Shown here: piece after piece, positions 7,823 through 15,585 of the stretch
Layout: the number at the start of each line of letters is the position of its first letter
Numbering within the stretch: position 1 is the stretch's first letter
Origin: Terrimicrobiaceae bacterium
Lineage (GTDB): Bacteria; Verrucomicrobiota; Verrucomicrobiia; Chthoniobacterales; Terrimicrobiaceae
Reading direction: 5' to 3'
DNA: 16,268 nt
NCBI GenBank assembly: GCA_041752695.1
Contig: JBGSVZ010000015.1
Location: forward strand, 1 to 16,268
Translations under genes and position numbers: made by a program
Notes under the pieces: generated by a model
The model's input: the letters and a program-made list of their open reading frames with translations, nothing else
Databases searched by the model: none
Told to the model about the DNA's origin: nothing

Positions 7823-8614
7823 TCACTGATGTGATGTTTTCCAAAAGCTGCGCAGCAGGAGAATCCACAGACGCCCCCGTGAAACTTTGACCCGTTCCTG
7901 ATCGGGGAACTTTTCCACCAGATCAAGGGTCTCACGGGCCAATAGAAGAGGCAGGGCGCAAGCCGCCCGCAGCCGAAAACCGCGCAAGGCACCCACATAA
8001 CGGGCGGCGTCGTCAAGGTGTCGCCGGGCCAGGGCAAGCGTGTCCGCAACCCGCTCCTCGGGAACATACACCCGTCCAATTTCCCGGTCCGCCTTTCGAT
8101 CCCGCAGGATGTTCACCAATTGAAGTCCCTTCCCAAAATTCACCCCCAACTCGGTCATCGCTGCCTCCGGCAAACCCGCAAACCCCGGCAGCCGCCGCGA
8201 ACAAATCCGTGTCCAGAATTCCCCCACACACCCGGCGACAAGATAAGTGTACCGGTCCAACTCTTCTTCCGACAAAGGCCGGTAGGGACCGTTGTCCCCA
8301 ACGGCCCGTGAAGTCGGAGGGTTGGGACAACCCTCCCTACCGAATCTCTCCCCATCAAACTCCTGTCCCTCCTGAATCGTCTTCCAAACCCGCTCGATCT
8401 CCCCGCGATCGGGCGACACCGCCAGCCATCCTTCCAAATCCGCGCGACGCCCGAGCAACTCCTTCTCCGCATCCGACATCGCCCCATCCGCCTCGGTGTC
8501 CGTAAAACGGGCCAGCAAATACGCCAGCGAAATCGACTCCCGCACCGGCCCCGGGAGTAAGCGCAATGTCAAATAAAACGAGCGCGAAACCCGCTTCAAA
8601 AGCTGCCAATCCAT
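7823..8614 (-). CDS. Squalene/phytoene synthase family protein (compact, with an in-frame REP insert)
   Basis: VSRSFYL, YLLAR..DTEAD (first Asp-rich motif), LDRYTYLVAGCVGEFW and GLQLVNILRD..AD...GRVYVP (second motif). Confidence 0.9.
   Translation of the reverse strand: MDWQLLKRVSRSFYLTLRLLPGPVRESISLAYLLARFTDTEADGAMSDAEKELLGRRADLEGWLAVSPDRGEIERVWKTIQEGQEFDGERFGREGCPNPPTSRAVGDNGPYRPLSEEELDRYTYLVAGCVGEFWTRICSRRLPGFAGLPEAAMTELGVNFGKGLQLVNILRDRKADREIGRVYVPEERVADTLALARRHLDDAARYVGALRGFRLRAACALPLLLARETLDLVEKFPDQERVKVSRGRLWILLLRSFWKTSHQ
8280..8342. repeat. GTAG-type REP doublet (REPIN-like) within the squalene synthase CDS
   Basis: GTAG-GGACCGTTG-TCCC-CAACGGCCC on the + strand (8282-8307) faces GTAG-GGAGGGTTG-TCC-CAACCCTCC on the - strand (8340-8316). 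The unit has 8-bp terminal inverted repeats CGGTAGGG/CCCTACCG and spans 63 bp. Confidence 0.8.
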
Positions 8615-8634
8615 GGAGGACGAGGAATCCAGAG

Positions 8635-8683
8635 TTTCCGACTTCAGAGTTGAGCGTTCAACGTTCAGTGTTCAGCTTTCGAT
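8635..8683. repeat. Degenerate heptamer tandem repeat (7 units, consensus about GTTCAGC)
   Basis: TTTCCGA CTTCAGA GTTGAGC GTTCAAC GTTCAGT GTTCAGC TTTCGAT in the intergenic gap. Confidence 0.7.
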
Positions 8684-8694
8684 GAGCGCCGCGG

Positions 8695-9816
8695 TCATCG
8701 TATCCCCTCCACCCCGACCCGCGTCATTTGGATACGCGGCTCGGAAAACTCTCCCAAGCCGAGCAGCGCGCCCGCCTCAACGTAGGACGACATCATGCGG
8801 ATCGACGGCATTTTGTGGACCTTTCGCACTTCCTCGATCAACCGCACTGCCGTGGCATCGATTGCGACCGGGTCCCGACTGGCGAAGAGAGAGAAATTTT
8901 CCAGGGTGAAATTGGGATCCGGAAACGGTCCGCCCGCATATTGCAGAACCAATCCGTCCAGAATCGTCAGCACAACTTTTTCTGAAATCTGAGGGTCCGC
9001 ATAGATCTCCGCAATGTACGAATCCCCCTCCACCGCGGCCTTGGCGAAACGCCGCCAGTTGTCGAGATTGGGCAACGTCATGTTGACCAGGGCACCGTTG
9101 ATCCCCGTCATGTAACTATCCGTCAGCGAAGGCACATTGATCACTTTCGTGACTTGCGAACTGAGGATTTTCGCAAAAAAACTCGTGCTGCTGAGTTGCT
9201 CGGTGGTCGTCATCAGGTCGGAAAACCGCGAAATCTTGCGGTCGCCAAACTTGCTGTCCCCCCAAATCAACTTCCCGATCACCGGCGCGCTTACCTGCGC
9301 CTTTGGGTCATACCCAGCTTTGGGATCAATGCCCTCGAGCGTATAATATCGCGATTTGCTCTCATAGCCCGCTGCCAGCAGATCCTCGATATTCCGGTCC
9401 CAGACGATGATGTTTTTCGCGGGCACACCGGCCTCGATCAGCCCCTCGGCAATGGCCAATGCAACCTCGGGATTTGTCCCGCTCGTGGCCCGACCACCCG
9501 ACGAAACCTTGATCCCCACCCGATCCGTCGGAGTCACCAGCGTCCGCCAGCCATCCGCTGCGGTACGCTTGCCCGTCAGGCCGCAAATGAGGCTGTCCAC
9601 CATGCGCCGGACTGTGCTCTGGCTGACCGTGCGCCCCGGACCAAGCGCCGTGGTGTCCATTGCATAAAAAATCTCCGCTTTACGGACGGGCGCGGGCTGC
9701 TGCGCGACAGCGGGAACGCCGCCCAGCGCGAGAAGAAAAAAAGTCAGCCGCGCGCCTTGAAAAAATCTGCTAGGCTTCCACGGCCATGATCCAGCACCTC
9801 TACGCGCATATCCCAT
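8695..9816 (-). CDS. DUF362 domain-containing protein, probably exported; start uncertain
   Basis: PTDRVGIKV, TNPEVA..I.EGL.EAG, KVINVP and ASRDPVAIDA are typical of DUF362. There is a signal-peptide-like segment RLTFFLLALGGVPAVA|QQP. The only canonical start upstream of it overlaps hemW. Confidence 0.75.
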   Translation of the reverse strand: MGYARRGAGSWPWKPSRFFQGARLTFFLLALGGVPAVAQQPAPVRKAEIFYAMDTTALGPGRTVSQSTVRRMVDSLICGLTGKRTAADGWRTLVTPTDRVGIKVSSGGRATSGTNPEVALAIAEGLIEAGVPAKNIIVWDRNIEDLLAAGYESKSRYYTLEGIDPKAGYDPKAQVSAPVIGKLIWGDSKFGDRKISRFSDLMTTTEQLSSTSFFAKILSSQVTKVINVPSLTDSYMTGINGALVNMTLPNLDNWRRFAKAAVEGDSYIAEIYADPQISEKVVLTILDGLVLQYAGGPFPDPNFTLENFSLFASRDPVAIDATAVRLIEEVRKVHKMPSIRMMSSYVEAGALLGLGEFSEPRIQMTRVGVEGIR

Positions 9817-10874
9817 TCTGTCCGAAGGTGTGCCCGTATTGCAGTTTTTTCAAGGAGGCAAGTGACCGCAATAAAACCCAGGCCTTTCTCGACGCCATGC
9901 TGGCCGAGGCGGAAACCCAGGCCGCCGGCCTGCGTCCGGTCACGGTCTTCTTCGGCGGCGGCACGCCCACCGCGCTCTCGACCTCGCAGTTGGAGTATCT
10001 CATTGGCGGCCTGCGCGAGCGGATCGACTTTTCCGCGGTCGAAGAATTCACCATGGAAATGAACCCGGCCACCGTTTCCCTCGAAAAAGCCCGCCGCATG
10101 CGCGAACTCGGCGTCAATCGCGTGAGCATGGGCGTGCAAAGCTGGGACGCCGGACTGCTGAAAACCCTCGGCCGGGTCCACAGCGCCGAACAGGCTGAAC
10201 GCAGCTACGAGATCCTGCGCGAGGCCGGTTTCGCCAACATCAACCTCGACCTCATGTTCGGCATCCCCGGTCAGACCCGCGAACAGTGGCGGACCAGCCT
10301 GGAAAAAAACCTTTCCCTCGCCCCCGAACACATCTCTTCCTACTGCCTCACCTACGAAGAGGACACCGAATATTTCCTGCGCCTCAACCGCGGCATCTAC
10401 CAGCCGGACGACGCTCTCGACGCCGACCTTTTCGAAATGACGATGGAAATTCTCGAAGGTGCCGGCTACGTCCAATACGAAATTTCCAACTATGCCCGCC
10501 CCGGCCGCGAGTGCCGTCACAACCTCGCCTACTGGCTTGGAGCCGACTACATCGGCCTTGGCCCCAGTGCCTTTTCCACCGCCGGCGAGAAACGCTGGAA
10601 AGCCATCAGTGACACCGTCGAATACATCCGCCGCGTCCAGGAGCACAAAGCGACGTTCGATTTTTCCGAGGACGTTGATCCCGCCACCCGTCGCGCCGAG
10701 CAAGTCGCCTTCGGACTCCGCACCAACCGCGGCGTCGCCCGCGAACTCCTTTCCCCGGAAAAAACCTCGGAATTCGAAAAACTCGGCTTCCTCCGTCCGC
10801 AGGGAGACTTCTGGTTTCTCACCCGCAAAGGCCGCATGGTCGCCGACGAACTCGCTGAAACGCTGATGTCGTGA
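9786..10874 (+). CDS. hemW: Radical SAM heme chaperone HemW (HemN-like family)
   Basis: LYAHIPFCPKVCPYCSF (CxxxCxxC), FFGGGTPT, RVSMGVQS, NLDLMFGIPGQT, YEISNYA and HNLAYW (the HNxxYW motif of HemW). 362 aa. Confidence 0.9.
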   Translation: MIQHLYAHIPFCPKVCPYCSFFKEASDRNKTQAFLDAMLAEAETQAAGLRPVTVFFGGGTPTALSTSQLEYLIGGLRERIDFSAVEEFTMEMNPATVSLEKARRMRELGVNRVSMGVQSWDAGLLKTLGRVHSAEQAERSYEILREAGFANINLDLMFGIPGQTREQWRTSLEKNLSLAPEHISSYCLTYEEDTEYFLRLNRGIYQPDDALDADLFEMTMEILEGAGYVQYEISNYARPGRECRHNLAYWLGADYIGLGPSAFSTAGEKRWKAISDTVEYIRRVQEHKATFDFSEDVDPATRRAEQVAFGLRTNRGVARELLSPEKTSEFEKLGFLRPQGDFWFLTRKGRMVADELAETLMS

Positions 10875-10914
10875 AACCCGGAAGGGACGTGCCCCGACCG
10901 GGCGAAACGCTCCT

Positions 10915-11415
10915 TTATTCCGGCCGCCCCTCGGCCAGGAGAGCCGCACGAACCTCGGCCATCTCGGCTTCTTCCATCAGCTTTTTCGTCACCACCCTCA
11001 GCCGTTTGCTCAACGTGGTGGCCACCCCCACCACAATCTGCACACCCGCCTCCGGGTAGTTGTTGATAAAATCCTCCACGTCGGACCGGGCCGCCACCCA
11101 ATACTGGGCGGACTCGATCACCATCACCGAACACACCGCGCTGCCCGGATCAAAAAGATCAACCTCACCCACCCACTCGCCCTTCTGAATCGTGCCGAGC
11201 AACACATCGCGTTCGGCCTCATGCCGCACGGCATGAAGGAGTCCGCTCAATATAAAAAACAATTTCCCATGCGACTCCCCCTGCCGGATCAGGATTTCGC
11301 CGTGGTCCGCCAGATGGAACTCGCCATAGGAACTCAAAGCGTCGCGGTCTTCCTTGGAGAGCTGGGCGACAAGACCCACGGCCGGCAAATGGGGACTGGT
11401 AAGTTCTTCCGACAT
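10915..11415 (-). CDS. Stand-alone cyclic-nucleotide-binding (Crp N-domain-like) protein
   Basis: GEILIRQGE..GKLFFILSG, GEWVGEVDLFD, then a C-helix LSKRLR with no HTH. ATG 11415 has a purine-rich upstream sequence. Confidence 0.85.
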   Translation of the reverse strand: MSEELTSPHLPAVGLVAQLSKEDRDALSSYGEFHLADHGEILIRQGESHGKLFFILSGLLHAVRHEAERDVLLGTIQKGEWVGEVDLFDPGSAVCSVMVIESAQYWVAARSDVEDFINNYPEAGVQIVVGVATTLSKRLRVVTKKLMEEAEMAEVRAALLAEGRPE

Positions 11416-11560
11416 GACTTCCCTTCTAACGCCTCCGCGGCCGCCTTGCGACCATTTTCCCATCCGCAATCCAGAGTGAGGTCAGACACCCATCAGACGC
11501 TCCCCCCCATTGGCAACGAAGAAGAAAGTCTCCCGACTCTGTACCTGCCGCAGGAAACTC

Positions 11561-11606
11561 TTGACGAAAAGCAATTCGCGCCTATTATTAAATTATCTAA
11601 TAATTT
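11561..11606 (+). promoter_or_regulatory. Sigma70-type promoter followed by a palindromic operator candidate
   Basis: TTGACG (11561-11566), 16 nt, TATTAT (11583-11588), immediately followed by the perfect inverted repeat AAATTAT-CTA-ATAATTT (11590-11606). Confidence 0.6.
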
Positions 11607-11634
11607 GCAGATCACCTCAGACCATCCCCCCATT

Positions 11635-13602
11635 ATGAACACACAACCGCTTCCCTCCGCGATCAGAGCGGCGGCCTTTTTGTTTTGTCTCAGTTTCGCC
11701 CTTTCCGCCTCCGCTTTGGAAGGTCCTCCCCAGTATAAAGTGACGTTTTTGGGGAATGGCACCGCGTCGGCGATCAACAACAACGGCACGGCGATCGGCC
11801 AGCGTATCGTCAATTCCAGCTACTACGAACCCCTCGTCAGCGAGGACGGACAGGCCTGGGTGACGCTTCCCGTTCCGGCAGGTGCCATGACCACTTTTCC
11901 TACCGATCTGAACGACCAGGGCGTGATCGTCGGCGTTTCCTACGACACGCAATGGAACCCAGTGGCCGTTCGCTGGACACCTTCTGCCAGCGGCTATGAC
12001 CTCGACATTCTCCCTCGACTGCCGGGGGACACCTCTTCGTACGCTACTGCCATCAACAATCTGGGCGAGATCGTCGGGGCACGACGGGCTCTCGGTTACG
12101 TCCCGGCCGCGACGACCGGCTGGCTCTACAGCGAAGCGCGCGGCATGGTGGATCTCTACGCCGCTTATGGACTGGCCACGGTACCCACCGAGCTCAATGA
12201 CGCCGGGAAACTCCTTTCCGGGGCGGGTGTGCTCACCCTCTCGACCGGAGTCCTGGAGCAAATTGGCGAAACCGGCCCGGCCAACTACCAACCAATCACT
12301 TGCGTGGAAATCAACGACGCCGGGATGATTCTGGGCAGCGCAGCGCTTCGCTCATCCTCGCTGAACGTGGTTTCCGTCTTCCGCTTCATGCCCGGATCCG
12401 GCTGGAGCTTTGTGGTCGGCTCCAGCCGCTACACCTCCGCGATCAATATCAACAACTTTGGCGACATCGGATTTGGCGAACTGGGTGCCGGGCTCTATCT
12501 GGATGGCCAGGGTGTCTTTGCCTTGGGAGGCCTTTTGGATCCGACAGAGGTCTCCGCCGGATGGAAGATCACAGGTAGTGGATGTTTCGTGAACGATCAG
12601 CGCCAGGTCTTGGCGTCCGGCACCAACACTCTCACGGGCAAGTCCGGCACGGTCTTGCTGACACCGGCGGGCACTCTGCCTCCGCCTCCCGCACCGACCA
12701 ACCTCCAGGCCACGGCCCACTACGCGACCTCCTCCGCACCGTACAACTCGATCGATTTGAGCTGGCAGAACTCCAGCCCCCTTGCCCGGTCCTACGAGGC
12801 CGAACGCCGCGTAACGTCTGAGGCAGTTTGGAACAAACTTTCCCTCGTTCCGCCCGCCAACGCCACCTCCCATGTGGATTCTACGGTCACCGCGGGTGTT
12901 TCCTACACCTACCGGGTCCGCGCGGTAGGATTGGCAGGAGCGGGCGATTGGTCGCTTCCCGTCACGGCAACCGCCCCAGCGACGCCCCTCGACACCACGG
13001 CACCCAATGTCGGATTTTTATCTCCCCAGAATGGCGCGACGGTGACCGGTTTCGTGCCGGTATCGGCTCAAGCCACGGACAATGTGGCCGTGACCTACCT
13101 GGAAATCAGCGTCTGGGATCCTGTGGCCGGCCAGGCCGTTATCCTCGGTTCGGTGACGGACTCCGGGCTTCTGAGCGTCAACTGGGACACGCGCACCTTA
13201 CCGGCGGCCAATTACGAGATTTACGCCAAAGCCCAGGACGCCATCGGGAACTGGAAACAAGCAAAAATCACAGTCACCGTGGGTCCCGTCGCGCGCACGA
13301 TGGCGGTGACCGACATCACTCTCTCTGGTAGCCTGCGTGGACGGAAGGCTCAGGTCAACGGCGTCGTCTTCGTGCAAGACTCCAAAGGTGCCAACGTCGC
13401 AAAAGCCAGCGTCAAAGCCCTCTGGACAATTCCCGGAAGCCCCACGCGCAGCCAGACGGTCAAGACCGATGCGCGGGGTCAGGCTAAATTCAGCAGCTCC
13501 GGCAAGCCCGGCACCTTCACCCTCACGGTGACTTCCGTGACCAAAGCGGAGTATGCCTTTGACACGGCCGGTTCCGTGCTGACAAAAAGCGTCACCCCCT
13601 AA
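11635..13602 (+). CDS. Secreted modular protein: HAF-like extracellular repeats, fibronectin type III and Ig-like domains (about 655 aa)
   Basis: Signal peptide (RAAAFLFCLSFALSASA|LE). Repeats of the form aINNxGxIVG (AINNNGTAIG, DLNDQGVIVG, AINNLGEIVG, ELNDAG, EINDAGMILG, NINNFG, VNDQRQV). PPPPAP linker, FN3 (PTNLQAT..IDLSW..YTYRVRA), an Ig-like domain (DTTAPNVGFLSPQNGATVTG) and a final beta-rich domain. Confidence 0.85.
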   Translation: MNTQPLPSAIRAAAFLFCLSFALSASALEGPPQYKVTFLGNGTASAINNNGTAIGQRIVNSSYYEPLVSEDGQAWVTLPVPAGAMTTFPTDLNDQGVIVGVSYDTQWNPVAVRWTPSASGYDLDILPRLPGDTSSYATAINNLGEIVGARRALGYVPAATTGWLYSEARGMVDLYAAYGLATVPTELNDAGKLLSGAGVLTLSTGVLEQIGETGPANYQPITCVEINDAGMILGSAALRSSSLNVVSVFRFMPGSGWSFVVGSSRYTSAININNFGDIGFGELGAGLYLDGQGVFALGGLLDPTEVSAGWKITGSGCFVNDQRQVLASGTNTLTGKSGTVLLTPAGTLPPPPAPTNLQATAHYATSSAPYNSIDLSWQNSSPLARSYEAERRVTSEAVWNKLSLVPPANATSHVDSTVTAGVSYTYRVRAVGLAGAGDWSLPVTATAPATPLDTTAPNVGFLSPQNGATVTGFVPVSAQATDNVAVTYLEISVWDPVAGQAVILGSVTDSGLLSVNWDTRTLPAANYEIYAKAQDAIGNWKQAKITVTVGPVARTMAVTDITLSGSLRGRKAQVNGVVFVQDSKGANVAKASVKALWTIPGSPTRSQTVKTDARGQAKFSSSGKPGTFTLTVTSVTKAEYAFDTAGSVLTKSVTP

Positions 13603-13604
13603 TT

Positions 13605-14609
13605 TTAGCCCCCCGACCCGCGCTCCACGGCTCGCAAAACCTTGAGGTAAAGTCCGTCCACCAATTTTTGCTGGCGACGCCCGGAGTGCGCGTAGTGGTC
13701 CAGCCCGGGGGCTGAATTGACCTCCAGGATCCGATAATCGCCCAGCGGCGCGGTGGCGTCGGCCATCACGATATCCACTCCACAAAAGCGAAGGCATAAG
13801 TGCTGAGCCACCCTTACCGCAAGCGCGGCGACCGAGGCATCCAGGCGGTCCGTGATATCAATCGTGTCGCCTCCCAACGACAAATTCGAGACGGCCAGCA
13901 AGACCACCTTCCGGCCGGCCGGTGCGACGGAACGCCACGTCATTCCGTGTTTCTCCATCCCGTGTTTCAACCGCGGATCCCGCCAGGGAATCACCGTGTC
14001 GCGCCCCGCCTTGACAAAGGCCGCCTGCCTGGCCTCCAGCAACTGACGCATGGTCTGGCGCCCGTCACCCGTCACCGTCAAAGGCACACGCTGATACGCC
14101 GAAATCACCTCCCCATCCAGAACCACCAGCCGATAGTCCCGTCCCACGCAGGCCTCCTGAACCAAAGCCATCCTGTCCACCCGGAAGATTTCCCGCAACC
14201 GTGCCAGCAACTCCAACCGGGAATCCGCTTGAAAAACCAGCTCACCCTGACTGCGCCGGACGGCTTTGACAAAAACAGGATACCCGACCTCTTTCGCAAA
14301 TTCCGCCGCCGAAGCCAGCCCCCGTGGCTGGGCAAGATGGCGGTGAAAAACTTTCGCAAAGACACTTCGTTCCCGCGGAACCCGGAACCCCCCTTCTGCC
14401 AGAAAAAAATGGGTGTACCCCTTATCCTGGGCGATCTTCACCGAGCTGACCGGATTTAAATCGAATTTATTGTCCCAAAAGAGGGACCTTTTTCCGTTGG
14501 CAAAATGGACAGCCCCGACAAATCCATGCTCCGGCTCGAGCACCAGCCGGGCGCCCAACTTAGGCACCAAGCGCCGAAGGATGGCTGGCATGAAAGCTTT
14601 GCGCGACAT
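13605..14609 (-). CDS. ATP-grasp ligase (cyanophycin synthetase/GshF-like ATP-grasp domain, stand-alone)
   Basis: IAQDKG, GYPVFVK, LVQE..GRDYRLVVLDG, VTGDG..T..QL, SNLSLGG, FCGVDI and ILEVNSAPG. Confidence 0.88.
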   Translation of the reverse strand: MSRKAFMPAILRRLVPKLGARLVLEPEHGFVGAVHFANGKRSLFWDNKFDLNPVSSVKIAQDKGYTHFFLAEGGFRVPRERSVFAKVFHRHLAQPRGLASAAEFAKEVGYPVFVKAVRRSQGELVFQADSRLELLARLREIFRVDRMALVQEACVGRDYRLVVLDGEVISAYQRVPLTVTGDGRQTMRQLLEARQAAFVKAGRDTVIPWRDPRLKHGMEKHGMTWRSVAPAGRKVVLLAVSNLSLGGDTIDITDRLDASVAALAVRVAQHLCLRFCGVDIVMADATAPLGDYRILEVNSAPGLDHYAHSGRRQQKLVDGLYLKVLRAVERGSGG

Positions 14610-14610
14610 G

Positions 14611-15585
14611 TTAGGAATTCCGGAAAACCGCCTCGATAATCTGCCCGTAAACCTCCGACGCCCGGGCCCTGGACGTCTCCGCGAATTGTTCCATCATAAT
14701 GCCGGAATTGACTTCCAGAACACGGTGCTCGCCGTTGGCAAGCGACACGATGTCCACCGCCGCAACACGGAGGCGAAGAACCTTCATCGCTTTCCCGGCA
14801 AGCTGCACCAACCGCCGCCGCTCGACTGTATTTTTTGACAACTCCTCGGGGGCCGCTCCGTGCCCCAGATTGTGCCGCCAATTGATGGAGATCACCTCAC
14901 CGTCTTTTGGCACACGATTTAATGTCCGGTCCGGCCACTCAAGTTTGCCGAGGGCCTTGAGCTTCGCCCCGGGGGCCGCGCTGGCAGGATCGTGAAGTTG
15001 CAGCCAGTCGGCCAGCAGGCCCACCAACTTCCGGCGCCCGTCTCCCGTCACCGAGGGACGCCGCTTTCGATAAATCAGCAAAGCCCGTCCATCCAACATC
15101 AGAACCCGAAATTCCTCCCGGATCTCCACGAAAGGCGAAACGGCGCACGCCCGGGCCTTGGCCAGCAAAGTGTGAATCGCCCGCTCGAGCTGCCCGAGAT
15201 CCCGGACCCGAAAAACGTCGCGCCCGCCGGTGCCATCGTTCGGTTTGCAAACCATGTCGAAGTTCCACCGCTGAAAGAGGCCACTGAGTTGCGCCCAATT
15301 CCCTTCCCGAGGCATGTAGTCGGGCAGAGTCGGCGACATCACCAACCGGTGCTCCACGGCAGGCACCCGCGCCGCGGCAAGAAGGGAACTGGCCGCCGCC
15401 TTGTCTTTCGCGATTTGCTGCGCCGCCGACGAATTCAGACTGAAATCATAGCCGTACACATGCTCGCAGCGAGCGCCCTTTTTCAGCGTGAGCAGCCAGT
15501 CACCATGGTAAGCTCTCACCTGAACCCCCATCCGGGCACAGTTCTCCCGCAGAAGAGTCACCAAAAAACGTCGTGAGCTTGCCAT
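14611..15585 (-). CDS. ATP-grasp ligase (RimK/cyanophycin-synthetase-like), paralogue of the downstream gene
   Basis: IAKDK, VCKPNDGTGGRDV, EFRVLMLDG, VTGDG, HNLGHG, AAVDIV and VLEVNSG. Strong GGGAGGA ribosome-binding site. 1-bp gap to the next gene. Confidence 0.88.
   Translation of the reverse strand: MASSRRFLVTLLRENCARMGVQVRAYHGDWLLTLKKGARCEHVYGYDFSLNSSAAQQIAKDKAAASSLLAAARVPAVEHRLVMSPTLPDYMPREGNWAQLSGLFQRWNFDMVCKPNDGTGGRDVFRVRDLGQLERAIHTLLAKARACAVSPFVEIREEFRVLMLDGRALLIYRKRRPSVTGDGRRKLVGLLADWLQLHDPASAAPGAKLKALGKLEWPDRTLNRVPKDGEVISINWRHNLGHGAAPEELSKNTVERRRLVQLAGKAMKVLRLRVAAVDIVSLANGEHRVLEVNSGIMMEQFAETSRARASEVYGQIIEAVFRNS

Noticed and set aside
8280..8683. CRISPR array or IS element
   Set aside because: There is no repeat-spacer periodicity and no cas or transposase gene. 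The repeats are a REP doublet and a short heptamer array.
9786..10874. hemN (coproporphyrinogen dehydrogenase) call
   Set aside because: The short length, lack of an N-terminal extension and the HNxxYW motif indicate HemW.
1318..10949. Long opposite-strand ORFs (1318-2496, 3354-4313, 5001-5744, 9154-9789, 9744-10949 and similar)
   Set aside because: Each overlaps a motif-supported gene on the other strand and has no recognisable motifs, as expected in GC-rich DNA.
11221..11634. 138-aa N-terminal extension of the secreted protein
   Set aside because: It overlaps the cNMP gene and the promoter, and the signal peptide begins at ATG 11635.
13605..15585. Calling the pair cphA, gshF, rimK or microviridin mvdC/mvdD
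   Set aside because: The partner domains of CphA1 and GshF are missing, and the GDG insertion is not typical of RimK or graspetide synthetases, so no gene symbol was assigned.
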